A stretch of DNA of 64,000 nt from Eledone cirrhosa (lineage: Eukaryota), in contig OZ024745.1 in assembly GCA_964016885.1 (NCBI GenBank), positions 22,010,001-22,074,000 on the forward strand. The letters are read 5' to 3'. The notes below the pieces were generated by a model, which saw only the letters and a program-made list of their open reading frames with translations, did no database searches and was not told the DNA's origin. Both the position numbers and the translations under genes were made by a program. Position 1 is the stretch's first letter; each line of letters starts with the position of its first letter. Shown piece after piece: positions 14,231-27,665 of this stretch.

Positions 14231-14708
14231 AACTACTACTACAGATGGTGATGATGATGATGATGTTTCTATTCAGTCTCTCATCATTCGACTATTATTA
14301 CTCGCCACTATAACAGTATCACCCTCATCACTGTAACCATGGCTTTCATTCTCACATCTTCCCTACCCACTCCCTACCCTTCAACATCAACACACTTCAC
14401 GAACTACTGTAAACATAATGCCGACATTACAACCCTAACTAACTCGACCCCTGCCACAGCTACTGATACCAACCACGCCCACCCCTCCACACTACTACCA
14501 ACATTTAGTCCAATCACAGCCAAGCCTACCAATACTCAGCGTCAATATAAATTTTAGCATTGGGTCAAATCTTCACCCAAAGGTCAAATGTACTTTAGTA
14601 GGTGATCTTTAATAATTTCAGCACAGCCTCAAGCCAATAGCTACAACATCATGTGCAAAATATCACCGCCGCAATTTTATTTCAATAATGAAATATCATT
14701 ATTTTCTT

Positions 14709-15283
14709 ATTGGCAGTATCGGTAGAGAGCTTTGACGCATAGAGTTACGGCCCTTGCCATTCTGAGTTCAAATTCCGCCGAGGTTAACTTTGCCTTTCAT
14801 CCCTACGGGGTCGATAAAATAAAGTACCAGTAATGTACTGGGTAATTTTCTGGCCTTGTGCCTAAAATAGAAACAATTATTTTCTTAACAAAGGGCGGTG
14901 GATTGGCAGTATCGGTAGAGGGTCGGACGCCATGCTTTGACGCATAGAGTTACGGCCCTTGCCATTCTGAGTTCAAATCCCGCCGAGGTAAACTTTGACT
15001 TTCATCCTTACGGGGTCGATAAAATGAAGTACCAGTAATGCACTTGGGTATTCGCTGGCCTTGTGCTAAAAGTAGAAAAAATGATTAAGGGTGGTGGATT
15101 GGCAGTAACGTTAGAGAGTCTGACGCCATGCTTTGCAGCAAAGAGTTACTGCCCTTTATGGTCTGAGTTCAAATCCCGCCGGGGTTAACTTTGCCATTCA
15201 TCCTTACGGGGTCGATAAAATAAAGTACCAGTAATGCACTGGGGTAATTGTTGGTCTTGTGCCAAAAAGTAGAAACAATTATT
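14709..15283 (+). mobile_element. Three tandem copies of SINE family 1
   Basis: Copies at 14709-14881, 14893-15080 and 15088-15283. Confidence 0.88.
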
Positions 15284-15433
15284 TTTTTAATATGAACACC
15301 ACATCATCTCCAAGGTTCCTTTTTACCTGCAAAAAAGTAAATCACTGGCATAAGTTAAATAACAACCATTTTTTCTAAGACGTAGTAAGAAAAGAAAGGG
15401 AAGCAACCATGACCATTTAGCAGGTCTTTAGAT

Positions 15434-15603
15434 ACTAGTGTAGAAAATGAAGGGAAATGTGATGACTAGTGTAGAAAATGGGGGGAAATACGATGACTAT
15501 GTAGAAAATGGAGGGAAATACGATGACTAGTGTAGAAAATGGAGGGAAATATGAAGACTAGTGTAGAAAATGAAGCGAAATACGATGTCTAGTGTAGAAA
15601 ATG
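15434..15603. repeat. 31-bp minisatellite, ~5.5 copies
   Basis: Unit GACTAGTGTAGAAAATGGAGGGAAATACGAT. Confidence 0.85.
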
Positions 15604-16487
15604 CGATGACACAATAGTTGCAGCAGTAGAATAAAGCAACACAATTTATCCCATCCCCTGATTGAAAATCTGATAGAAAACCTTTGCAACAGTCCGTTAA
15701 ACAAAATTAAGGGGTAGTTGGTGATACAGAAACGGACGATAGATTAGTCAACGGCCACCCAATACTTACTCATAGATTAAATACATCAAACCAACACAAT
15801 AACGTAGCAGCTCTTTAGTCCCAGAAGGCTTACAAATGGCGTATATAAAGACAGTGGCTCATCTATTCAGCCGAAATAAACTTCGTTAATAACAACGGTA
15901 TTGTTACAAACATCACATAGGGATAACAGTTGGTAATATTAAAATCTGTTACTATAACCACATTTCGTCTTTCCGTTACAAAACAAAATGGATGGTGACA
16001 GGAATTTCAAGATATATACAGAATCTAAACGATAATGGTTCCATGATTTGAAGACTTACTATTATGTAGATTGTTTTATATTCAATAACTTCAAGACCAA
16101 AAACGATTACTTTATGAAAGTGCCTGAAATAATCCGCAGTTGTAAACATATTCAGCTTAATTTCATATACATTAGATATATAATAATACGATATACATGT
16201 ATAATTCTGTGTATACATATGCACACAATCGTGTATATGGTTTTGCGAGTGCGAAAGTGTAGTGTTAGTATATATGTGAACCTATATACCGTCTGCTCTC
16301 TATAATTCTCAACTACTGATATTTTACATACATAAAGAACACCAAAATAATAACGCCTTTCCAGGGAAATAGAATGAAATCCATCTGAGAAATGCACCAT
16401 GCACCAGCAAATTTAAGGATGGAATACTCATTATATGTATATATATATAGATATGTGTGTGTGCGTGTGTATGTGTGTGTATATATA

Positions 16488-16703
16488 TAACGAAGGAGGA
16501 GGTGTTGTAAGGAATCAAATGGATCATAACGCACCAGAGTACTCAATAATTAGGGTAGTAGAGTGGGTAATAGGCAAATGTTTGACCCCGACGGCAGAGC
16601 TAAAGCCGTTTCGACGGCTATTTCTGGACTAAATACTGAATTTAGTCCAGAAATAGCCATCGAAACGGCTTGAGCTCTTCCGTCGGGGTTAAACATTTTC
16701 CTA
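16488..16703 (-). mobile_element. Fold-back PLE-like remnant, family A
   Basis: Arms meet at GGACTAAAT-ACTGA-ATTTAGTCC. Confidence 0.75.
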
Positions 16704-16874
16704 TATGTATATATATATATATTTTTTTTTTAGTATATGTTGGTTGTGTACCAACACCTCAATATGCAGACTGGAGCACTCGACGAAGTGCGCAGGTTGG
16801 TTTAGTTACTCCGGAGTAATGTAAAATAAAATTAAATAAATAAGTCAAATGTTTAAAATTTGGCATCGTTTATT

Positions 16875-16929
16875 ACTGCTATATATATTTCGGTGACAGC
16901 CATCTTTGGTTGTGACCTCTTCAGGCAGT
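16875..16929 (-). ncRNA. Type-I hammerhead ribozyme, palindromic stem III
   Basis: Minus strand ACUGC-CUGAAGA-GGUCACAACCA(AAGA)UGGCUGUCACC-GAAA-UAUAUA-UA-GCAGU, followed by AAUAAA. Confidence 0.88.
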
Positions 16930-17215
16930 CCGAATTAGTGTGGTACAGACGAGTACACATGTTGTTGAGGTGTTTAACTTTGTCAATACTCTGATATACC
17001 CAGTTTCTGGTTGGGTTGTTGTTTCATTGAGGAACTGGAATCATATGACTTAAACATTTGACTTATTTATTTTATCATATTTGACTTACTTATTTTATCA
17101 TATGACGTAAACATTTGACTTATTTATTTTATTTTATTTTATATATATATATATATATAACAGAAAAAACGAGGAAGTTTCGTTTACATATGAAAAATAT
17201 ATCTTTTGTCGCATC

Positions 17216-17307
17216 ACCAGTCTGATGAGCACATCGATACTGGAGTCAGATCCATAAATCTTATGTGTCACCTTGAACCAATCCCCTGCGAAACGCGCGT
17301 AACTGGT
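17216..17307 (+). ncRNA. Type-I hammerhead ribozyme with a ~55-nt loop II
   Basis: ACCAGU-CUGAUGA-GCA-(55 nt)-UGC-GAAA-CGCGCG-UA-ACUGGU; perfect 6-bp stem I and palindromic ACGCGCGU stem III. Confidence 0.85.
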
Positions 17308-17442
17308 CGATACGCAATAAGTATTTTTCACATGTAAACGAAACTTCCTCGATTTTTCTATTAAATACACCCTCCCTGTGAATTGAGTGCTTGATTTGTT
17401 ACCAACACTAGTATTTCACCGTGCTACCTACACTCTATATGT

Positions 17443-17556
<114 letters not shown>

Positions 17557-17571
17557 TTTTCAATATAGAAA

Positions 17572-18033
<462 letters not shown>

Positions 18034-18141
18034 TGTATATATAGTGTATTTTGCAATAAACCGTATGCTTAATTAAAAGGATTTCGAAGACCTATTGTTT
18101 TAGAGTAGTGACAGTCTCACTTACTTTAAATTTTCAGCCAA

Positions 18142-18199
<58 letters not shown>

Positions 18200-18207
18200 T
18201 TAGTGTC

Positions 18208-18514
18208 AAAAACAAGATGGCATAGGACAGAACAAAGGAGAGGCACAAAAACAAAGAAAAGAATCCCCAGTCACTGAAGAGGTCACAGAATGTGTGACGA
18301 AAGAACGTTGACAATATATGAACAATCGTCTGGTTGTGAAACCAACCAACCTACCGGAAATTTATAAATTCTTAAATTTTTTAATTTAATTTATAATAAA
18401 TTGAAGTGAAAGCAACTGGTGCGTGTATTTCTTATTGGCAACATGACCCTCCCAAAGCATATCGGTTTCAACACACGTTTTCAGATAAAGAATCTTGCTA
18501 AACAAATTCAGAAA

Positions 18515-18518
<4 letters not shown>
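18208..18518 (+). mobile_element. Solo pLTR fragment of the Naiad-like PLE family, with HHR variant at 18269-18312
   Basis: Aligns to 6660-6918 plus 2861-2916; the HHR cleavage triplet reads CGU instead of CUA; flanked by (TA)n. Confidence 0.88.
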
Positions 18519-18562
<44 letters not shown>

Positions 18563-18832
18563 TATTTAAAAACAGTCAATCGACAAGATCCCAGACGTCG
18601 CTTAACGAGTGGGGTGGAGTTCGTGAAATCGAACCGAGGGAACAAGGTTTCCACCGGTCTTTCCAATTGCTAATACTATCTACCGGTCGCAAATCCAGGC
18701 AGAAGGAGCAACGTGAAATAAAGTGTCTTGCCCAAGGATATAACCCATCACCGATCCGGGAATCGAACTCACAACCTCACCAATTTTATAACGACTCAGC
18801 CACGCTTCTCTCACACACACACATACACATAA

Positions 18833-19048
18833 ACAGATGTCAACATGAATGGATCTGTTATTTTTATCTAAAGACATTTGTTTCCAATTCCAACCAGCCC
18901 GTCCCCTCAATTTATCTTATTTCTCATTCTTTCTTTTGGTGAAGGACTAGCGTCCGAAACGTTAATACCCTCTTCCTGCCATATCAAGCGTTAACCTAAT
19001 ATATCCCTTCCATATACTGTACCGATTGTGTTGTTATTTCTGTTTACC

Positions 19049-19053
<5 letters not shown>
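18833..19053 (+). mobile_element. PLE-like 3' remnant, family B, with decayed HHR (UUGGUGA core)
   Basis: Homologous to 20858-21077(-), 33075-33230(+) and 44166-44300(-). Confidence 0.75.
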
Positions 19054-19116
<63 letters not shown>

Positions 19117-19136
19117 ACACACATACCCCCCCCCCC

Positions 19137-19175
<39 letters not shown>

Positions 19176-19328
19176 ATATGTGTAAGTCAAAGATTTTTTT
19201 TTGTAACATGTTTGACTTACACATATTATTTTACATTACTCCGGATTAAACAAACCAACCTGCTTACAACGTCGAGTGCTCTAAGCTGCATACTTAGGCA
19301 TCGGTAAACAACCAACACATACTCAAAA

Positions 19329-19395
<67 letters not shown>

Positions 19396-19854
19396 TAACA
19401 TGTCCAGATAGATAGATAAATAGAGGGAGAGAGAGAGAGTGAGAAGGGGGGAGTGAGCAAAATAAACCTTTATATCCGAGTTTTGGACTGCTGTCGCCAT
19501 TTTGAAGCGAATAATATAACATGGCATTTATTTCGGCGACAGTGATGGAGTTACACAGACAGATCTCTCATGATGGCAGTCATTTTTTTGTTTATTTAAT
19601 TATTATTTACTTCTTTATTTGCTGCTTACTTCACTATAGATTCTAAGCTGGTCAAATGCCAGGTATCGGCGATGGTTGTCGACGATACTGGACCTGGTGG
19701 TTGATGGTAATGGTAGAGGAGTATTACTGTCATCTCACATAGTTTCAGTAGAATGTGTTTTTATTTTATTTTTCTGTTACTTTTTTATATTATTTTGATG
19801 TTGTTTTCATTCGAGCAACATTTATACACTAGTGTGCAACTTTACCTAGAAATA

Positions 19855-20036
<182 letters not shown>

Positions 20037-20164
20037 TATGTGTATGTGTATGTGTATGTATATCTATGTACCTACATGCCTATATAGTTATATATAGATG
20101 CATTTCTCTCTCTCTATATATATATATATGTGTGTGTGTGTCTGCGTGTGCGTGTATCTGTGTG

Positions 20165-20272
<108 letters not shown>

Positions 20273-20792
20273 ATTGGTTTTCCGAAGAGAAACAGAAAGT
20301 GTCCACTGTAAAATAAGGTACTCGATACATTGAGTGGAGAGGTGAATGATTTATTTCAAATAGAAATAACTTCTACAAGGCTAGAACTGTTTCGTTCGTT
20401 TGAAACCATCACATTGAATGTCATATTGCGTTGAGGCCAGAAGTGAAGGACGAAATTTGTGCAGTGCGGGCAGTATTTCTAGACTTCATCTATGGCATTA
20501 TGACAGGAGTTATGACTTAATGAGTTCTTCAATATTAGTGTTTACATTCACTGAGAAGGGTGGTGTTAATCACGATGTATTTAGGCCTTGGTTAATCTAT
20601 TTAAACCCGCTTATTTTAAAGGTATTGTTGTAGCGGTGAGCTGCTTCGTTAAATATATCTTTACTGGAAGAGAAGCTGGACATTCTCCTTATTTTTTACT
20701 AGATTTTTTGAGACAATATATATATATATATACGCACACACAGGCACGCACAATCACATTCACATACAGACGCGTACATACATATATACATC

Positions 20793-20857
<65 letters not shown>

Positions 20858-20944
20858 GTAAAAGGTAAACAGAAATAACAACACAATGGGTACAGTATAT
20901 GGAAGGGATATATTATGTATACGCTTGATATAGCAGGAAGAGGG

Positions 20945-20980
20945 TCTTAACGTTTCGGCCGCTAGTCCTTCATCAGAAGA
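20945..20980 (-). ncRNA. Minimal type-I hammerhead ribozyme (family B)
   Basis: UCUU-CUGAUGA-A-GGAC(UAGC)GGCC-GAAAC-GUU-AAGA; one mismatch in stem II. Confidence 0.75.
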
Positions 20981-21210
20981 AAGAATGAGAAATAAGATAG
21001 ATTGAGGGGACGGGCGGGATGGAATTGGAAAAAATGTCTTTAGATAAAAGTAACAAGTCCATTCATCTTGACATCTCTTGCAAAATTGTTGGTGGTGGAG
21101 TTTTGTGTATGATTTATTTTTTAGAAAAGTGGATGATGGAGCGCGCCTACCTGAAATAGAAAAAAAAACTGTTTTGTAAAAAGAGCTATACTTGTGCACG
21201 TGCTTAAGCA

Positions 21211-21339
<129 letters not shown>

Positions 21340-21659
21340 TATTATACGTCCGTACGAAGCTAAGAAGAAATGTGTGTGTATATGTGAGTAAAAGAGTGTG
21401 TGTGCATGTAAGTACGAAGCTATGAGGAAAATTATGTTAATATAAGCGTGTGTATGTGTGTATACAGAGCAGTGAAGGGAAAAGTGGAGTGAGTGACCAT
21501 ATATATAGTCGGCATGTATTAATTGTAAGAGAAGCAGCTAATGATGAAGAGAAAGCGATAGGAATCTAGGGGTGTGATAATGGACGGGGTATTAGAGAAA
21601 TTGGGGAGGTGAGTTGAGTCCAAGAGGGGAATAGGACCAAGGCGGTGAATCAGACTTTG

Positions 21660-21847
21660 TAAGAAACCAATATTACTGATTCTTATTCCTCACCAAATCA
21701 TAAAATACATACGTGCGCATATACATATACATAAACATATACTTATACATACACACTCACACACACACATAAATAAATATATATATATATTACACACACA
21801 AGCACAAACACGCCCACACACATAGAACCTTTCATACAAGCATAAGT

Positions 21848-21915
<68 letters not shown>

Positions 21916-22011
21916 TGTGTATGTATAAGTATATGTTTATGTATATGTATATGCGCACGTATGTATTTTATGATTTGGTGAGGAATAAGAATCAGTAATA
22001 TTGGTTTCTTA
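21660..22011. repeat. Perfect ~108-bp inverted duplication
   Basis: 21660-21768 is the reverse complement of 21903-22011. Confidence 0.9.
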
Positions 22012-22220
22012 TATAGGCACAGGGACAGTGATTTTGGGAGAGGGGAAAGTCGATTAAATCGACCCCAGTGCGTGACTGGTACTTTATTTTATCGACCCTG
22101 TGAGGATGAAAGTGAAAGTTAACCTCGACGGGATTTGAACTCAGATCATAAAGGGCCGTAACTCTTTGCTGCAAAGCATGGCGTCCAACTCTCTACCGAT
22201 ACTGTCAATCCACCGCCCTC
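21997..22220 (-). mobile_element. SINE family 1, long-tail variant
   Basis: Full A/B boxes and central domain on the minus strand. Confidence 0.85.
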
Positions 22221-22344
22221 AAGAATTAGTAATATTGATATGGAAAGTTCGGCCGCATAAGAGTAACCCATGGTGACATCGAAACACTGGTTCCATCATA
22301 CTTAAACAAGAAATCCTTTATCAGAAAGATAGACTCTCGGAACA

Positions 22345-23940
22345 TTCACAGTATTCTATAGGTCATTTCGTGTCCTATTTGTATATATTCACAGTATTCT
22401 ATAGGTCATTTCATGTCCTATTTGTATATATTCACAGTATTCTATAGGTCATTTCGTGTCCTATTTGTATATATGCACAGTATTCTATAGGTCATTTCGT
22501 GTCCTATTTGTATATATTCATATTATTCTATAGGTCATTTCGTGTCCTATTTGTATATATTCATAGTATTCTATAGGTCATTTCGTGTCCTATTTGTATA
22601 TATTCACAGTATTCTATAGGTCATTTCGTGTCCTATTTGTATATATTCACAGTATTCGATAGGTCATTTCGTGTCCTATTTGTATATATTCACAGTATTC
22701 TATAGGTCATTTCGTGTCCTATTTGTATATATTCATAGTATTCTATAGGTCATTTCGTGTCCTATTGGTATATATTCACAGTAGTCTATAGGTCAATTCA
22801 TGTCCTATTTGTATATATTCGCAGCATTATATAGGTCATTTCGTGTCCTATTTGTATATATTCACAGTATTCTATAGGTCATTTCGTGTCCTATTTGTAT
22901 ATATTCACAGTATTCTATAGGTCATTTCGTGTCCTATTTGTATATATTCACAGTATTCTATAGGTCATTTCCTGTCCTATTTGTATATATTCATAGTATT
23001 CTATAGGTCATTTCGTGTCCTATTTGTATATATTCACAGTATTCTATAGGTCATTTCATGTCCTATTTGTATATATTCACAGTATTCTATAGGTCATTTC
23101 GTGTCCTATTTGTATATATGCACAGTATTCTATAGGTCATTTCGTGTCCTATTTGTATATATTCACAGTATTCTATAGGTCATTTCGTGTCCTATTTGTA
23201 TATATTCATAGTATTCTATAGGTCATTTCGTGTCCTATTTGTATATATTCACAGTATTCTATAGGTCATTTCATGTCCTATTTGTATATATTCACAGTAT
23301 TCTATAGGTCATTTCGTGTCCTATTTGTATATATTAACAGTATTATATAGGTCATTTCGTGTCCTATTTGTATATATTCACAGTATTCGATAGGTCATTT
23401 CGTGTCCTATTTGTATATATTCACAGTTTTCTATAGGTCATTTCGTGTCCTATTTGTATATATTCATAGTAGTCTATAGGTCATTTCGTGTCCTATTTGT
23501 ATATATTCACAGTAGTCTATAGGTCAATTCATGTCCTATTTGTATATATTCATAGTATTATATAGGTCATTTCGTGTCCTATTTGTATATATTCACAGTA
23601 TTCTATAGGTCATTTCGTGTCCTATTTGTATATATTCACAGTATTCTATAGGTCATTTCATGTCCTATTTGTATATATTCACAGTATTCTATAGGTCATT
23701 TCGTGTCCTATTTGTATATATTGACAGTATTCTATAGGTAATTTAATGTCCTATTTGTATATATTCACAGTATTCTATAGGTCATTTCATGTCCTATTTG
23801 TATATATTCACAGTATTCTATAGGTCATTTCATGTCCTATTTGTATATATTAACAGTATTCTATAGGTCATTTCGTGTCCTATTTGTATATATTCACAGT
23901 ATTCTATAGGTCATTTCATGTCCTATTTGTATATATTCAT
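22345..23940. repeat. 43-bp tandem satellite, ~37 copies
   Basis: Unit TTCACAGTATTCTATAGGTCATTTCGTGTCCTATTTGTATATA; period 43 (22345 to 22388); very homogeneous. Confidence 0.97.
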
Positions 23941-24059
23941 ATTAGGTAAAAAGATGTCAACTCGAGGAAGATCCTGGTTTATAGAAGGAAAATAAACAAT
24001 CACATCACATTGCATATATTTCATTTAATTTTGTTTTATAATATATGTTTATATATGTA

Positions 24060-24152
<93 letters not shown>

Positions 24153-24184
24153 TGTATATATATATATTACACATATATATATAT

Positions 24185-24221
<37 letters not shown>

Positions 24222-24254
24222 GACGGTAGCCACGGATTATGTATATAAATATAT

Positions 24255-24329
<75 letters not shown>

Positions 24330-24332
24330 AAT

Positions 24333-24419
<87 letters not shown>

Positions 24420-24421
<2 letters not shown>

Positions 24422-25087
24422 CGGTAGCCACGGAGTAGGCAGACCCAGAAAAACCTGGGACGACTTGATAAATTCTGACCTCACACACTTACACCTCTCC
24501 AAGACAATGTCAGTGGACCGAGATCTTTGGCGCTACGCAGTAATACAGAAGACCCGCATTACCTAAGTACAAAGTGAAACCTACAGAAATACACCTAACA
24601 AAAATACACCCCCGTCCCACACCATCCACACCACCCCTTTCAATGTAAAGTTATGTTGGTACCACAACATCCAGTCCGAAACAAATGAGGTCGTTTAGGT
24701 GTCACGACAAAAAAAAACACACAGTCCACGCTGTAATGTGGCCGTGTACGTAACACGGTAAAAACCTCCCAGTCCACACTGTAAACGTGGTTCGTGTTGG
24801 GAAGGGCACCCAGCTGTAGAAAACCCGCCAGACGTGTAGGTGTCACGACAAAAAAAACACACAGTCCACGCTGTAATATGGCCGTGTAGGTAACACGGTA
24901 AAAACCTCCCAGTCCACACTCTAAACGTGGTTGGTGTTAGGAAGGGCATCCACCCGTAGAAAACCCGCCAGACAGTCCTATGCGAGCAAGACAACCACTC
25001 TTGCCTCAAGTGGGAAAACTCCCCTCCAAACCCATGCAAGCGTGGAAGATGGACGTTAAACGATGATGATGATGATGATGATGATGA

Positions 25088-25090
<3 letters not shown>
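24420..25090 (+). mobile_element. 5'-truncated RTE-clade LINE 3' end with (GAT)n tail
   Basis: Frame reads [29 protein letters not shown] (RTE-type GRP..W..DR..WR C-terminus). The 3' UTR contains a ~140-bp tandem duplication, and the element ends GGACGTTAAAC(GAT)n. Confidence 0.8.
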
Positions 25091-25125
<35 letters not shown>

Positions 25126-25156
25126 GCATACATACATACATACATACATATATATG

Positions 25157-25245
<89 letters not shown>

Positions 25246-25249
<4 letters not shown>

Positions 25250-26530
25250 TAGAACTTAGAAGGCCAAGACTAAACATAAAGAAAATTAATGGAATAACAA
25301 CAACACCCAAACAAACAACACTGACCTAAGAGAAGTATAAATAAATAAATAAATAGATAAATAAATAAATAAATACATACACAAGCACAATAACAACAAA
25401 CACATATAAACACACACTAGTAAAGATAGAACACAGTCACCCAATCACGAACACACATCAAACAAAACACTATACACACACGCAAACGCATGCGCAAAAA
25501 AGACAAAATAAAATAAAATAAACAAACAAACAAATAAATAAATAAATATATAGACAGACTAAATAAAAATGGCGTAGACATACAATGTAACGGGAGGAAA
25601 CAATAGCACCACTGACCTTGTTGCAGATGTGCAACGAAAGAACTTTGATAAACTATATATATGTGTTTGTGTCTATATTGTATCTGTATTATTTTTGACC
25701 GTTGGTCAGTCAATGGCAACATTGAGGACCGAATAAATTAGATTACCGATATAAAAGACACAAAAGCGAAAAGCGAAAACCAACCAAACAGTGAGTGTGT
25801 TCTGTTATTATGAGAGGTATAGAGATTGTTTTAGCAAGAAGCTAGCGGCATTCTATAACATATATGCGACTATAACGTCAAGATGGGAAAAGTAGTTAAC
25901 GAAAGATTTAGGAAAAATAACTCAAACTCATCTCAAAAGAGAATCAGGATATAAATTCATCCACAGAATTTAGTAAAGTCCAGGGAAAATCTATAGACCT
26001 TTAACTCATGATAAAATAAAGTTTGAAACACTTATCCTTCAATTTGGAATAACATCAAATGCTCTGTATAGTCTTAAAAGACTATTTCATGAAAACTTTC
26101 AGTGGAGATGGTCACGGTTGGAATTTCAATCATCAGCAGAGCTCAACAGAAAACCAGGGCTCTCACAGTAATATAATCCGAAAAAGGGAATTCTAAAACT
26201 GGCTAGTTCGCCTTCATGTGTATTTATGAAAAAGCACATGAGGAAAAAACGGGGCTAGTGACGTCAGGATGGAAGTGAATGTTTATTTACAAGAAATAGC
26301 AGTCAAATACATTCTGAAAAAAAAAACTCTACAAAAGGAGTTCAGCAAAATAGCAATAATTATCACAGTTTTTATGAAAAAACCGGGATTAGTCACAGAT
26401 AGTTTAAGCACTCTAGGAAAAGAATCCGAGTATAAATATAAATGAGAGGTATAGAGATTGTTTTAGCAAGAAGCTAACGGCATTCTATAACATATATGCG
26501 ACTATAACGTCAAGATGGGAAAAGTAGTTA
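25246..26530 (+). mobile_element. 3' remnant of a second Naiad-like PLE family, with an 89-bp direct repeat
   Basis: [11 protein letters not shown] resembles the EN C-terminus IKELQPKLNRK. It shares CGCATGCGCA and AAAAATGGCGTAG with the 3' UTR of the main PLE. HHR-like fold at 25608-25649. 25810-25898 matches 26442-26530. Flanked by (TA)n. Confidence 0.65.
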
Positions 26531-27504
26531 TATATATATATATGAAAGACGTAAAATAAGAAAATTTTAAAACTTAAAAATTAACTTACTTACTAAAATA
26601 TTTTGCTACAATGGGTATACATCTGTATAAGTTGGTAGATATACTAATTCTCTCTATATATATATGATGCATTCATTATATAATCAACATAGAAATATCC
26701 CTCTATGTGCTGTGTAGTTACCTAAAGACGAGCAGGATTCATAACAAATACCACATATTTTGTACATTTTCCCTGTATTTCTATTTTAGTTATATATTAT
26801 ACATAGATAACAAATTAAGAACTGCAAATGGTGATGACAACTCTCTTTTAACACCTACACAACACTCTTGATATTTCCAGCAATCGTCTTGCCAATATCC
26901 TAAAGAACTTATATATATATCTCACCTGTATTAGAGTTTTTCATTCGTTATTTCTTTCTACATACCTTTCTTTCTCATTTTATTTTTATTTTTATTTTTT
27001 AATAATTCTTTCTTTTCCTTCCATATAAATTTTCTGTTTTTTAACATTGTATTTTCTTCTTTATTTTCTGATCACTTCATATCTCGCGTGATTCTTCATT
27101 TCTAGTTTCAGATTTACTACCCATAAATCATATTCAATATAGAATTCTCGTCTCTAAATATTCGATTTGGGGATTTTTCTTGTTGATTATACTTCTTGTT
27201 AGTCTTTTTTGTATTCCAGCTCGATAATGTTGTTCGAGAGAGAAAGTAAGCTATTGTACCAATGCAATTCGCTTCATTATCTCAGAAACTCCTATATCAC
27301 CAGTAAGGCATTATTTGGAATACAAAAAAAAAAACTGAGAAGAGATTCACACAAGCAGTTATAGGCGGGCGTTTAGGTACTAACGAGATTTCAATGTGGA
27401 ACTGAAACCGAGATCACGTTGATCTCTTGTTTTCTGTCTTGTAATACATTCACCTTCAGTTTATTCTAGAGTACATTATAACATCAAAACAAAACATTTT
27501 AAAC

Positions 27505-27665
27505 GTGTCTATGACTGAATGGTTAAGTGGTTCGTTTCACAATGAATACATTCCGGGTTCGATCCCACTCTGTGACATCATGGGAATGTGCTATTTAGCA
27601 TAGCCTCGGGTTAAACCATGTCTTGGGAGTAAAACTGGGTAGATGGGAATTGTTTAGAAGCCTGA
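27505..27665 (+). mobile_element. Diverged tRNA-derived SINE
   Basis: TGACTGAATGG (A-box-like) and GGTTCGATCCC (B box), with a non-tRNA 3' body. Confidence 0.55.

Noticed and set aside
22345-23940. CRISPR-like array or tandem ribozyme (CUGUGA..GAAA on the minus strand)
   Set aside because: No unique spacers, eukaryotic context and no cas genes; the core is not CUGANGA and stem II does not form.
26118-26138. CUGAUGA-UU-GAAA on the minus strand
   Set aside because: No room for stem II and no matching stems I or III.
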